From Nitrospirae bacterium MYbin3 (GTDB lineage Bacteria > Nitrospirota > Thermodesulfovibrionia > Thermodesulfovibrionales > Dissulfurispiraceae): DNA of 64,000 bases. Within the stretch, counting starts at the first letter, position 1. Each line of letters starts with the position of its first letter. The stretch lies in assembly GCA_002753335.1 (NCBI GenBank), contig PEAD01000001.1:139245-203244 (forward strand). The letters run 5' to 3'. Below the pieces are notes generated by a model. That model worked only from the letters and a program-made list of their open reading frames with translations, did no database searches and was not told the DNA's origin. Shown piece after piece: positions 55,294 to 64,000 of the stretch. Made by a program: the position numbers and the translations under genes.

Positions 55294-56919
55294 CTAAACC
55301 TTAAACCCTGCCACAATCTTTTGAAGGTCGGATGCCAGTCTTGCCAGATCCGAGGAAGACTGTGCTATCTGATTTGAGCCCGCAGAAGTCTCATTCGAAA
55401 CGCTAGCTATAGTTTCAATATCATGGCTGATAGTTTCTGATACGGTTGACATCTCTTCTGTTGCGGATGCTATCTGGTGTATCATCGTCTTAAGCCCTTC
55501 GATGCTTGCAACTATTGTATGCAAAGCTTCTCCTGCTTTGGACGCCTCATCAACACCGGCCATTACTTTATCCGATGCCTGTTCCATAGAGCCGAGTGCC
55601 TGCTCAACCTCTGTCTGGATCGCGCCTATCATGTTGCTTATTTCTGAAGTGGCCTTAGCGGTTCTTTCGGCCAACTTTCTAACTTCATCCGCCACAACCG
55701 CAAACCCGCGGCCCTGCTCTCCTGCTCTTGCAGCTTCTATCGCGGCGTTCAAGGCAAGAAGATTTGTCTGGTCAGCAATATCTTTGATTACGCCCACAAT
55801 CTCGCCAATCTGCTTGGAGCGGTCTCCCAAAGAAACCATCACTGCCGATAAATCCGAAACTGTCTTTGCTATATCCTGAACCTCGGTAATCGTCTTGTTC
55901 ACAACCACTTCACCGTTGTGGGCCGAATCAAGTGTATCGTTCGCTGACCCCGAAATTTCTGAGGCATTCTTTGCGATGTCTATAACGGTCTGCGACATTT
56001 CCTCGGACGATGTGGCTATCTGGGAGGCCCTGCCCGACTGTTCTGTAACACCTCTGGACATCTGCTCGGAGCTGGAACTGAGCTGCTCGCTTGCTGATGC
56101 AACGCTGTTTGCGGAGGTCTTGATGGTGCCTATCATCTGTTTTAAATTGTCAACCATGCTTTTTAGGGCTGACATGAGTTGGCCTACCTCATCGGTGCTT
56201 TTTGCTTCAACATTCACGGTCATGTCTTTTTGGGCTATGCGCTCCATAGCGCTGACGCCTTCATGCAGCGGTTTTGTGATGCTGCCTATTATCCACCAAG
56301 CAAAAGCAAAAGAAAAGACCACTCCTAAAGCAATTGCTGCTATCGAGATATTTCGGGCCAATTTATAAACGCGGGTATCTTCTTCAAACTCTCTTTTTGC
56401 CTCATCAATTATAAACTTCATCAGGTTGTCTGTAGCCTCTGTTACCTTTTGGTAGTGAGGGCTTATGAATTCATTGTTCAGCTTTCTTGCCTCATCAAAC
56501 TTGCCTTCACGGAATAAAGCCATTATCGGGATGAGTCCCTTGTCTCGCAGTTCTTTTCTGACCTCCGCAAATTTTTCGGCGAGCTTTTTTTCTTCAGGAA
56601 CCAACGGTATCGACATATATGCCTGCCATTCTTTATTGATGTTTTCGATGTTCTGCTCCATGGCAGGAATTCTTTTTTTAACCTCTTCAGCGGTCGGATT
56701 TAAAAGCATTTGCGATATCTCAATGCGGTTGCGCAGGTTCCACCTGATTATGCGGTCAAACTGGCTTAAAGGAATTACACTCTGCTCATACAAACTCTGC
56801 AGTCCATGGTTTGCCTTGGATGCGGCATTTAGCCCCAGTCCCCCGACAATAAACAACAGCAAGGCGCTAAAGGCCACAAGCGCATAAAGCCTCGCCCCGA
56901 TTTTCATGTTTTTAAACAT
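55294..56919 (-). CDS. Methyl-accepting chemotaxis protein
   Basis: 541-aa ORF with two TM helices around a helical periplasmic sensor, a HAMP segment and the signalling hairpin [38 protein letters not shown]. Confidence 0.92.
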   Translation of the reverse strand: MFKNMKIGARLYALVAFSALLLFIVGGLGLNAASKANHGLQSLYEQSVIPLSQFDRIIRWNLRNRIEISQMLLNPTAEEVKKRIPAMEQNIENINKEWQAYMSIPLVPEEKKLAEKFAEVRKELRDKGLIPIMALFREGKFDEARKLNNEFISPHYQKVTEATDNLMKFIIDEAKREFEEDTRVYKLARNISIAAIALGVVFSFAFAWWIIGSITKPLHEGVSAMERIAQKDMTVNVEAKSTDEVGQLMSALKSMVDNLKQMIGTIKTSANSVASASEQLSSSSEQMSRGVTEQSGRASQIATSSEEMSQTVIDIAKNASEISGSANDTLDSAHNGEVVVNKTITEVQDIAKTVSDLSAVMVSLGDRSKQIGEIVGVIKDIADQTNLLALNAAIEAARAGEQGRGFAVVADEVRKLAERTAKATSEISNMIGAIQTEVEQALGSMEQASDKVMAGVDEASKAGEALHTIVASIEGLKTMIHQIASATEEMSTVSETISHDIETIASVSNETSAGSNQIAQSSSDLARLASDLQKIVAGFKV

Positions 56920-56975
56920 AGTGCCTCCTCAAAAAAATTATTCAGATTCTTTTAAACAAAAAGTGTTTTTTGCGG

Positions 56976-58886
56976 TTAATATTTTTCTTCGGTCCACATG
57001 CTCATGTCAAAGCGCACCACCTTGTTGCGTCCGGTTTCTTTGGCTTTGTATAGAGCGACGTCCGCATATTTTATCGCTTCCCAGAAGTTCTGGGTGTCGA
57101 TGGGGAACTCGCTGACACCGATGCTGATAGTCTTTTGAATATAGCCGCCTGCCATTTTTATCTTAGAGTCCTGGATTATCTCTCTAATCTTGTCGCCTAC
57201 TCCAAAAGAATCGCCTGTTTTTATATCCACCAGCAGCACAATAAATTCTTCGCCGCCGAAGCGTATCACGATATCGGAACTTCTTACGCCTTTTCTGATG
57301 TTGTTTGCGGTCTCTTTAAGCACCATATCCCCGACATCATGGCCATAAACATCGTTTGTCTGCTTGAAGAAATCGAGGTCGCACATAAGCAGCCCCAAGG
57401 TGGTGCCTCTCCTTAAGAGTCCTGCAACGAGGTTTTCGAAGCTCTCTTCAAGGAAGCGCCTGTTGTAAAAACCGGTCAGCACATCTTTTACCGAAGAATC
57501 TTTCAGGGTGCGCATAAGCCGCTTTGCTTCCAACACAGGCTGAACTTCTCTGATATACTGCTCAGCCCTCGAAATTTTATTCTTAAGGTCAACAACCTCG
57601 CATCTTTCGGGCTTGTCGCACACAATCTGGACCACTCCGCCAACAGCTCCGCCGATTATTATCGGAACACAGACATGGGAGTTTATTCTGTTGTCGTTAA
57701 AATATTTGCATACCTGAGGGTAGTCTAATGACGAAACAATATGGCCAGTTCTCTTGGTTCTGCAGAGTTCGCAATCGAGCTGAATATCTCGCTTGCAGTT
57801 AAGCTCCAAGCCTTCAGCTTCGGGCGGATAAACGATTCTCATAGCATTTTTGCTGTTGGTCACTTCGTATATCACAAAATTATCTATCTTTAAATATTCT
57901 ACAAAGACTTTTCCTAAACGCATGTAAATGTCTTCCATCGTCTCGTCCTCTTCTATGACCTTTTTAAAGGACGTAACATTGCTTATGGTGTCCATTAGTC
58001 TGTTGAACTCATTAGAAAGTTCGCCAAGCTCATCCTTAGAGCTTACGGCTAGTTTTCTAGTAAGGTCCAGCTCTCCGCTTGCCAGCGATTTTATCTGGTG
58101 TATCAAATTGCTTATCGGGTGTGAGAGCGCAGCCGAAATTCTAGCGCCAAAGAAGATCGAAAGCCCAAGAGAGACCGCAAAAACAAACAGCGTAAGGAAC
58201 ATAAAGAACTGGAAAGTAGAGTTGAGTATGTCTTGGAAGCTGCGCCACTCGGCCTCTAAGCTGTTTATATACTCGTTGATTTTTTCGACCGAGTCACGGG
58301 TAAGGGCGTCGTATTCTTCCAGTTCAGCTGAAGAAGAGTCGCCTGTTTTGGTTCTAAAACGGGATTCTGCTATCTTGTCGAGCAGTTTTTCGAGTTCACT
58401 GACTTTTGATGAAATATCTTTTACAAGCTCGATTTTTGCCGGATCGGTAATAGCAACTACTTTGAATTCGGCATAGAACTGACCTGTTCCGCGCGAGTAG
58501 TCTTTTATCTGTCCGCCGGTTAAAAGAACATTTAAATATGACCGGCAATCTTCAATTCTGCTGAAGCCCTTCATCCGGTTGCTGTTAACTTTTTCTGTGT
58601 CTTTCGCAAGCAAAATCTTGTGCGCTGATATGCTGGCGCCCCGGATCTTCCTTATAAGAATGTTGCCGACCTTTTGCTGGGGTTCTATTACTTCAACCAT
58701 CCGCTTCGAAACTTTGTTCACCTGATACATCGTTATCAGGCCGATGGTTGCGATTACCACAAGCCAGAAAGCTGTGCCTACAGAAAAAGAAATAAACTTT
58801 TGTCTTATAGGCAGATCCTTAAACGTAAGAAGGTTTAGAAGCTTCATAGACAGATATGTAAGCTTGCTGTGTTTTTTTATCACCAT
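56976..58886 (-). CDS. Membrane-anchored HAMP-GAF-GGDEF diguanylate cyclase
   Basis: 636-aa ORF with two TM helices and a HAMP-like segment. A GAF-like region follows, then a GGDEF domain with active site RFGGEEF and an RxxD I-site (RSSD) five residues upstream. Confidence 0.9.
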   Translation of the reverse strand: MVIKKHSKLTYLSMKLLNLLTFKDLPIRQKFISFSVGTAFWLVVIATIGLITMYQVNKVSKRMVEVIEPQQKVGNILIRKIRGASISAHKILLAKDTEKVNSNRMKGFSRIEDCRSYLNVLLTGGQIKDYSRGTGQFYAEFKVVAITDPAKIELVKDISSKVSELEKLLDKIAESRFRTKTGDSSSAELEEYDALTRDSVEKINEYINSLEAEWRSFQDILNSTFQFFMFLTLFVFAVSLGLSIFFGARISAALSHPISNLIHQIKSLASGELDLTRKLAVSSKDELGELSNEFNRLMDTISNVTSFKKVIEEDETMEDIYMRLGKVFVEYLKIDNFVIYEVTNSKNAMRIVYPPEAEGLELNCKRDIQLDCELCRTKRTGHIVSSLDYPQVCKYFNDNRINSHVCVPIIIGGAVGGVVQIVCDKPERCEVVDLKNKISRAEQYIREVQPVLEAKRLMRTLKDSSVKDVLTGFYNRRFLEESFENLVAGLLRRGTTLGLLMCDLDFFKQTNDVYGHDVGDMVLKETANNIRKGVRSSDIVIRFGGEEFIVLLVDIKTGDSFGVGDKIREIIQDSKIKMAGGYIQKTISIGVSEFPIDTQNFWEAIKYADVALYKAKETGRNKVVRFDMSMWTEEKY

Positions 58887-58983
58887 CCGTCTATTATACT
58901 TTCACTTATCTTAGCGGTCAATACTTTTTTTCATTTCGCAGGTTCCTTGACTTTAAAAACTGATAAGTGGTAATTTTTTGCTT

Positions 58984-61776
58984 ATGCCTATAGATTACAA
59001 AGACACGCTGAACCTTCCTCAGACAGGCTTTCCGATGAAGGCCAACTTAAACCAGAGAGAGCCCGAAATACTGAAGTTATGGGAAGAGCAGAATATTTAT
59101 CAAAAGCTTCAGGAAAAAAATAAAGGGCAAAACAGCTATATTCTGCATGACGGCCCTCCCTACGCAAACGGCAACATTCATATAGGACACGCTCTGAACA
59201 AACTGCTAAAAGACATGATAGTAAAATTCAAGTCTATGCAGGGATTCTATTCTCCTTATGTGCCGGGGTGGGATTGCCACGGACTGCCAATCGAGCTGCA
59301 AGTGGACAAAAATCTGGGCGACAAAAAAGAAGGCGTTGATATTTTAACGAAGAGGCGGCTTTGCAGAGAATATGCAGAAAAGTTTGTGGGTATTCAGCGT
59401 GAAGAGTTTAAAAGGCTCGGCGTGTTCGGAGATTGGGCGAAACCCTATCTTACAATGTCTTACGATTATGAAGCGTCTATCGTAAGAGAGTTTTTTTCAT
59501 TCGTGAAAGCCGGGTCTGTATATAAAGGAAAGAAGCCTGTTCACTGGTGCCCTTCATGCGTTACGGCGCTTGCTGAAGCTGAGGTCGAATATGCTGACAA
59601 AGAATCGCCTTCCGTGTTTGTTAAATTTCAAATCAATGACGAAGAGCTCGCGAAATATCTGCCTGCGTTGACAGGAAAGAAAACCTTTATTGTAATCTGG
59701 ACCACTACGCCTTGGACGCTTCCGGCCAATCTTGCCCTCGCAGTAAATCCTGATCTCATTTATGTCGCGGTTGAGGAAGAGGCTGGAACTCTTATCGTAG
59801 CCGAAGAAAATCTTGACAGCCTTAAGGACAAGCTTGGTATTAAAGGAGCTGTAGTATCGAAGTTTGAAGGCTCTGCTATTGAAGGCATGAGTGCGTGCCA
59901 TCCGTTTATAGACAGGGATTCAAAGGTCATTATTGGGGACTTTGTAACTGTGGGAGAAGGCAGCGGCATAGTTCATATCGCTCCCGGACACGGCGAGGAC
60001 GACTACGAGGCGGGCTTGAAATACGGCCTCGATATATATGCTCCTGTTGACGACAGAGGCAAGTTTACCAAAGCGGTGCCTCAGTTTGAGGGGCAGTTTG
60101 TGTTCAAGGCAAACGACAACATAATAGAAACCCTGAAAGAACGGGGCGCACTGCTTGGCACAGAGAAAATCAAACATTCTTATCCGCACTGCTGGCGGTG
60201 CAAAAAACCTGTAATATTTCGGGCTACTGCACAGTGGTTTATATCAATGGAAAAGAACGGTCTTAGAAATAAATGCATAGACGAAATCGACAAGACAGAA
60301 TGGATCCCTTCATGGGGCAGAGACAGGATACACAATATGGTGGCCGGCCGGCCGGATTGGTGCATCTCGCGCCAGCGTTCATGGGGTGTGCCTATTACGC
60401 TGATAACCTGTGACGACTGCGGAGCCTATGTCGATGATGCAGCCCTTTTCGAAAAAATAATCGGATTGACAGAGAAGCACGGGGCGGACATCTGGTTTGA
60501 AATAGATTTAAAAGAGCTTCTTGGCGAAGACTTTAAATGTCCAAGCTGCGGGGGAGTATCTTTAAAGAAAGAGATGGATATACTCGATGTCTGGTTCGAT
60601 TCGGGTGTGAGCCATGCTGCGGTGGTTGAGAGGGACAACCGTTTAACCTGGCCCGCCAGTATGTATCTCGAAGGCAGCGACCAGCACAGAGGCTGGTTTC
60701 AGAGCTCACTACTAGCCTCTACAGGCACACGGGGCACAGCGCCTTACAAGACTGTTTTGACTCATGGCTTTACTGTTGATGGGCAGGGCAAGAAGATGTC
60801 TAAATCTCTCGGTAATGTCATAGCGCCGCAGGAAATCATAAAGGCAAACGGAGCAGAAATAATAAGGCTCTGGGTTTCGGCCGAAGACTACCGTGATGAC
60901 ATAAGACTTTCCAAAGAAATAATAAGCAGGCTCACCGAAGCCTACCGCAAAATACGAAATACCGGCAGATTCCTTCTCGGAACCCTGCATGATTTTGACG
61001 GCAAAGATTACAGCAAGAACCTTCTTGAGATTGATATGTGGGCTCTGTCGCGGCTGCATGGGCTGATAAAGCGTGTAACATCTGCATACGAACGGTTTGA
61101 TTTTCACGAGGCCTTTCACTCCATATACAATTTTTGCATAGTGGATATGAGCTCTTTTTACCTTGATATACTGAAAGACAGGATTTATACCTTCAAAAGC
61201 GATTCGATCGAGAGACGTGCGGCACAATGGACTCTTTACAATATACTGATCAACATGACAAAGCTGACAGCTCCGATACTTTCATTTACGGCCGAAGAAA
61301 TTTGGGGATACATCCCAGGGTTTGCAGGAAAGACCGAAAGTATTTTTCTTTCAGAATTCCCCAAAACCCTTGATGCTTTTATCAGACCGGACCTCGAAGA
61401 GAAATGGGGAAAGCTTATACAGATAAGAAACGATGCAAATAAAGCGCTCGAAATAAAAAGAAGAGATAAATTTATAGGCAACGCGTTAGAAGCAAAGCTC
61501 GTTTTTTATGCTTCCGATCCCGTGTTTTCACTGCTCGCTGAAAACAAAGATTTTCTGCCTGCACTTTTTATAGTCTCTGAGATCGAACTGAACAGGTTCT
61601 CGGATAAAGTTCAAGATGCATATGAGGGAGAAGGGGTAAAAGACCTTTTTATCAAGGTTGAAAAAGCCTCCGGCAATAAGTGTGAGAGGTGTTGGAACTG
61701 GAGTAAAACCGTGGGCGATTTCTCAGACCATCCGAGCATATGCTCACGCTGTCATACAGCAATCGCAACTTCCTGA
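58984..61776 (+). CDS. ileS: Isoleucyl-tRNA synthetase
   Basis: The frame opens at TTG 58978, with ATG 58984 preferred. HIGH motif PYANGNIHIGH, KMSKS motif GKKMSKSLGN and a C-terminal zinc-finger CERCWNW...CSRCH. Confidence 0.97.
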   Translation: MPIDYKDTLNLPQTGFPMKANLNQREPEILKLWEEQNIYQKLQEKNKGQNSYILHDGPPYANGNIHIGHALNKLLKDMIVKFKSMQGFYSPYVPGWDCHGLPIELQVDKNLGDKKEGVDILTKRRLCREYAEKFVGIQREEFKRLGVFGDWAKPYLTMSYDYEASIVREFFSFVKAGSVYKGKKPVHWCPSCVTALAEAEVEYADKESPSVFVKFQINDEELAKYLPALTGKKTFIVIWTTTPWTLPANLALAVNPDLIYVAVEEEAGTLIVAEENLDSLKDKLGIKGAVVSKFEGSAIEGMSACHPFIDRDSKVIIGDFVTVGEGSGIVHIAPGHGEDDYEAGLKYGLDIYAPVDDRGKFTKAVPQFEGQFVFKANDNIIETLKERGALLGTEKIKHSYPHCWRCKKPVIFRATAQWFISMEKNGLRNKCIDEIDKTEWIPSWGRDRIHNMVAGRPDWCISRQRSWGVPITLITCDDCGAYVDDAALFEKIIGLTEKHGADIWFEIDLKELLGEDFKCPSCGGVSLKKEMDILDVWFDSGVSHAAVVERDNRLTWPASMYLEGSDQHRGWFQSSLLASTGTRGTAPYKTVLTHGFTVDGQGKKMSKSLGNVIAPQEIIKANGAEIIRLWVSAEDYRDDIRLSKEIISRLTEAYRKIRNTGRFLLGTLHDFDGKDYSKNLLEIDMWALSRLHGLIKRVTSAYERFDFHEAFHSIYNFCIVDMSSFYLDILKDRIYTFKSDSIERRAAQWTLYNILINMTKLTAPILSFTAEEIWGYIPGFAGKTESIFLSEFPKTLDAFIRPDLEEKWGKLIQIRNDANKALEIKRRDKFIGNALEAKLVFYASDPVFSLLAENKDFLPALFIVSEIELNRFSDKVQDAYEGEGVKDLFIKVEKASGNKCERCWNWSKTVGDFSDHPSICSRCHTAIATS

Positions 61777-62261
61777 TGGAGAGAGATAACAGAAAAATTA
61801 TTTCTAAAAATTCACCACTTTTTTTCATTATAATAGCTGCGGTCGTATTTGTTCTGGATCAATTTACAAAACAGATTATAAAAACTAATGTAACTCCTTT
61901 TGACGTAATCAGAGTGCTGCCTTTCTTTAATATCGTCTATGCCGAGAATGTCGGCTCTGCGTTCGGCATGTTCAAGAGCTTAGGCAATGCGTTTTTTGTT
62001 GCGGTCGCAGGTCTTGCAGCCGTTGTGATAACTGTGATGATATGGAAGGATAAAGAAAATCGGTTGGGGCTCTCACTAATACTTGGAGGGGCTGTCGGCA
62101 ACCTTGCGGACAGAATCATTTATGGGTATGTCATCGATTTTCTAGACTGCCACGCCGCAGGATACCACTGGCCTGCTTTTAACGTGGCTGATTCGGCGCT
62201 TACCGTAGGAACAACTCTGATTATAGTTAAAATGTTTCTGCCAAACCCAAGGGTTTCGTAA
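61776..62261 (+). CDS. lspA: Lipoprotein signal peptidase II
   Basis: The frame opens at 61740, with preferred start ATG 61776 overlapping the ileS stop (TGATG). Four TM helices with the conserved Asp motifs VIDFLD and FNVADS. Conserved ileS-lspA synteny. Confidence 0.9.
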   Translation: MERDNRKIISKNSPLFFIIIAAVVFVLDQFTKQIIKTNVTPFDVIRVLPFFNIVYAENVGSAFGMFKSLGNAFFVAVAGLAAVVITVMIWKDKENRLGLSLILGGAVGNLADRIIYGYVIDFLDCHAAGYHWPAFNVADSALTVGTTLIIVKMFLPNPRVS

Positions 62262-62310
62262 AGTCATTGCTTGTTTTGCCAAAACAGCCCGAATTCTATA
62301 AAATAACCGG

Positions 62311-63786
62311 ATGAATTTAACATTCGAAGAATTCAGGGATCTAACCAAACAGGGAAACCTCATCCCGCTTTTTAAAGAGATTATCGGCGATATAGAAACG
62401 CCGGTGAGCGCTTTTTTAAAGCTCGACAAGAAGCCTTCTTTTCTGCTCGAAAGCGTGGTGGGCGGAGAAAAATGGGCAAGGTACTCGTTCTTGGGCATAG
62501 AACCTTCGCTTACGCTTGTGAGCAGGGGCAGTCATATTGAGGTTCGCAACGTAAAAGGTGTTGAAACTCTTGATACACCTGACCCTCTTGATGCGGTAAA
62601 GACGATAATGTCGAGATACAAGCCGGTTGAGGTCAAGGGTGTTCCGCGTTTTTCTGGCGGGTTTGTGGGCTATCTCGGATACGATATTGTGAAGTTTTTC
62701 GAGCGCGTACCTGACAGAAAGAAGCCCGAAATAGATATGCCAGATATTTTCTTGATGTTGGCTGACACGCTTCTGATTTTCGACAATCTGAAACAGACCA
62801 TAAAGGTTTTGTGCAATCTGCATATTGAAGGCCAGGATTTAAGAAGCGCATATGACAGGGCCGAAACAAAGATAAACAGGATAATCTCGGAGCTCAAGCA
62901 CGAGTCTATTTCTGCACCGCTCGAAGCAGTATCGCAGCCTAAAGAAAAAACGGAGTTTTCATCCAACTTTAAAAAAGAGGATTTTCTTTCGGCGGTGAGC
63001 AAGGCCAAGGAATATGTCATGGCAGGAGATGTTGTTCAGGTGGTGCTTTCGCAGCGCTTTGAAAGAAAGACCGATGCAAGCCCTTTTGACATATACCGGA
63101 CGCTGAGGGTCATAAATCCTTCGCCCTACATGTACTACATAGATACAGGCGAGGCTCAGATTGCCGGCTCATCACCCGAAATCCTCGTGCGTGTGGAGGA
63201 CGATAATATAACGCTCCGTCCGATAGCAGGCACTCGCAAAAGGGGTGTCACAGAGCAGGAAGACATCGAGCTTGAACAGGAGCTTAAAAAAGACCCAAAG
63301 GAAATAGCGGAACATATAATGCTTGTTGATTTGGGAAGGAACGATGTGGGCAGGGTTGCAGAAACAGGTTCGGTCAGGGTTTCTGATTTGATGACGGTCG
63401 AGAGGTACAGCCATGTTATGCATCTTGTTTCTAATGTGGAGGGAAAACTTAAAAAGGGCCTCGATGCCTTTGATGTTTTCAGGGCATGCTTCCCGGCAGG
63501 CACCGTATCAGGTGCGCCGAAGGTCAGGGCTATGGAGATAATCGAGGAGCTCGAACCCACAAAGCGCGGGCCTTATGCAGGAGCGATAGGGTACTTCGGT
63601 TATTCGGGCAACATGGACACCTGCATCACCATAAGGACGCTTATTATCAAGGATGGCAGGGTTTATGTTCAGGCAGGAGCGGGCATTGTGGCTGATTCGG
63701 TGCCGGAATCAGAATATGCAGAAACAGTGAATAAGGCCAAGGCGATGATGAAGGCTGTGGACGGACACCAGCGGATTTTCGGGTGA
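62311..63786 (+). CDS. trpE: Anthranilate synthase component I
   Basis: 491-aa ORF with chorismate-binding-enzyme motifs ([43 protein letters not shown]). Confidence 0.95.
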   Translation: MNLTFEEFRDLTKQGNLIPLFKEIIGDIETPVSAFLKLDKKPSFLLESVVGGEKWARYSFLGIEPSLTLVSRGSHIEVRNVKGVETLDTPDPLDAVKTIMSRYKPVEVKGVPRFSGGFVGYLGYDIVKFFERVPDRKKPEIDMPDIFLMLADTLLIFDNLKQTIKVLCNLHIEGQDLRSAYDRAETKINRIISELKHESISAPLEAVSQPKEKTEFSSNFKKEDFLSAVSKAKEYVMAGDVVQVVLSQRFERKTDASPFDIYRTLRVINPSPYMYYIDTGEAQIAGSSPEILVRVEDDNITLRPIAGTRKRGVTEQEDIELEQELKKDPKEIAEHIMLVDLGRNDVGRVAETGSVRVSDLMTVERYSHVMHLVSNVEGKLKKGLDAFDVFRACFPAGTVSGAPKVRAMEIIEELEPTKRGPYAGAIGYFGYSGNMDTCITIRTLIIKDGRVYVQAGAGIVADSVPESEYAETVNKAKAMMKAVDGHQRIFG

Positions 63787-63796
63787 GGGGGAAGCG

Positions 63797-64000
63797 ATGC
63801 TTTTGATGATAGACAACTACGATTCGTTCACCTACAACCTCGTGCAGTATTTGGGCGAGCTTGGAGAGGATGTGCGTGTATACAGGAACGATTGCGTTAC
63901 AATATCCGAAATAGAAAAGATCACTCCCGACAGAATAGTCGTATCTCCCGGCCCATGCACGCCTAATGAGGCTGGTATCTCGATAGATGTCATCAAATAT
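63797..64000 (+). CDS. trpG: Anthranilate synthase component II (glutamine amidotransferase), 5' partial at window edge
   Basis: ATG 63797 followed by [22 protein letters not shown]...[14 protein letters not shown], a typical TrpG/PabA N-terminus. Truncated by the end of the window. Confidence 0.9.
   Translation, partial: MLLMIDNYDSFTYNLVQYLGELGEDVRVYRNDCVTISEIEKITPDRIVVSPGPCTPNEAGISIDVIKY

Noticed and set aside
58887-58983. T-box leader or attenuator upstream of ileS (similarly 16365-16367 for leuS)
   Set aside because: The intergenic spaces are far too short (about 97 nt, shared with a divergent promoter, and 3 nt) for a T-box element of 200 nt or more. No specifier or antiterminator structure is seen.

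Overview
This 64-kb bacterial chromosomal window is mostly housekeeping and energy-metabolism genes, interrupted by one accessory segment. From the left: (1) an aromatic amino acid/nucleotide block, tyrA-aroA-cmk. (2) A dissimilatory sulfite-reduction electron-transfer locus, with a dsrN-like amidase, a Cys-rich/HEAT protein, dsrC, a dsrT-like gene and dsrMKJOP. dsrAB is not in the window. (3) LPS-core-type glycosyltransferases (three GT9 heptosyltransferase-like genes, one fused to GmhB) plus a GT-C-like membrane protein. (4) Molybdenum cofactor genes (MOSC, mog), ccdA and the leuS-lptE-holA trio. (5) ugd, a porin and fdhD. (6) A PAS/GAF sensor, pepF and an EndoIII-like gene. tRNA-Ser(UGA) at 31772-31861 is followed by a segment of about 12.2 kb bounded by a 15-bp direct repeat of the tRNA 3' end (31849-31863 and 44015-44029). 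That segment carries two toxin-antitoxin pairs and a complete but atypical chemosensory cluster: 2 MCPs, CheY, CheA, CheW, CheR, a frameshifted CheB, CheD, two STAS-like proteins and a kinase-like ATPase lacking the H-box histidine. The first MCP is preceded by a 13-bp x 5 tandem repeat that puts both available ATG codons out of frame, so it looks like a slipped-strand ON/OFF switch. To the right lie an endolysin-like gene, an anaerobic cobalamin methyltransferase operon with an embedded HD-domain gene, CIRCE-controlled htpG and glgP. These are followed by a stand-alone PglB/STT3-type oligosaccharyltransferase homologue, an MCP plus GGDEF pair, ileS-lspA and trpE-trpG. A 190-nt imperfect hairpin in a divergent intergenic region is a candidate 6S-like RNA or MITE. 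No rRNA, CRISPR array, transposase or integrase was seen. All protein calls rest on motif recognition by eye; no database search was possible.
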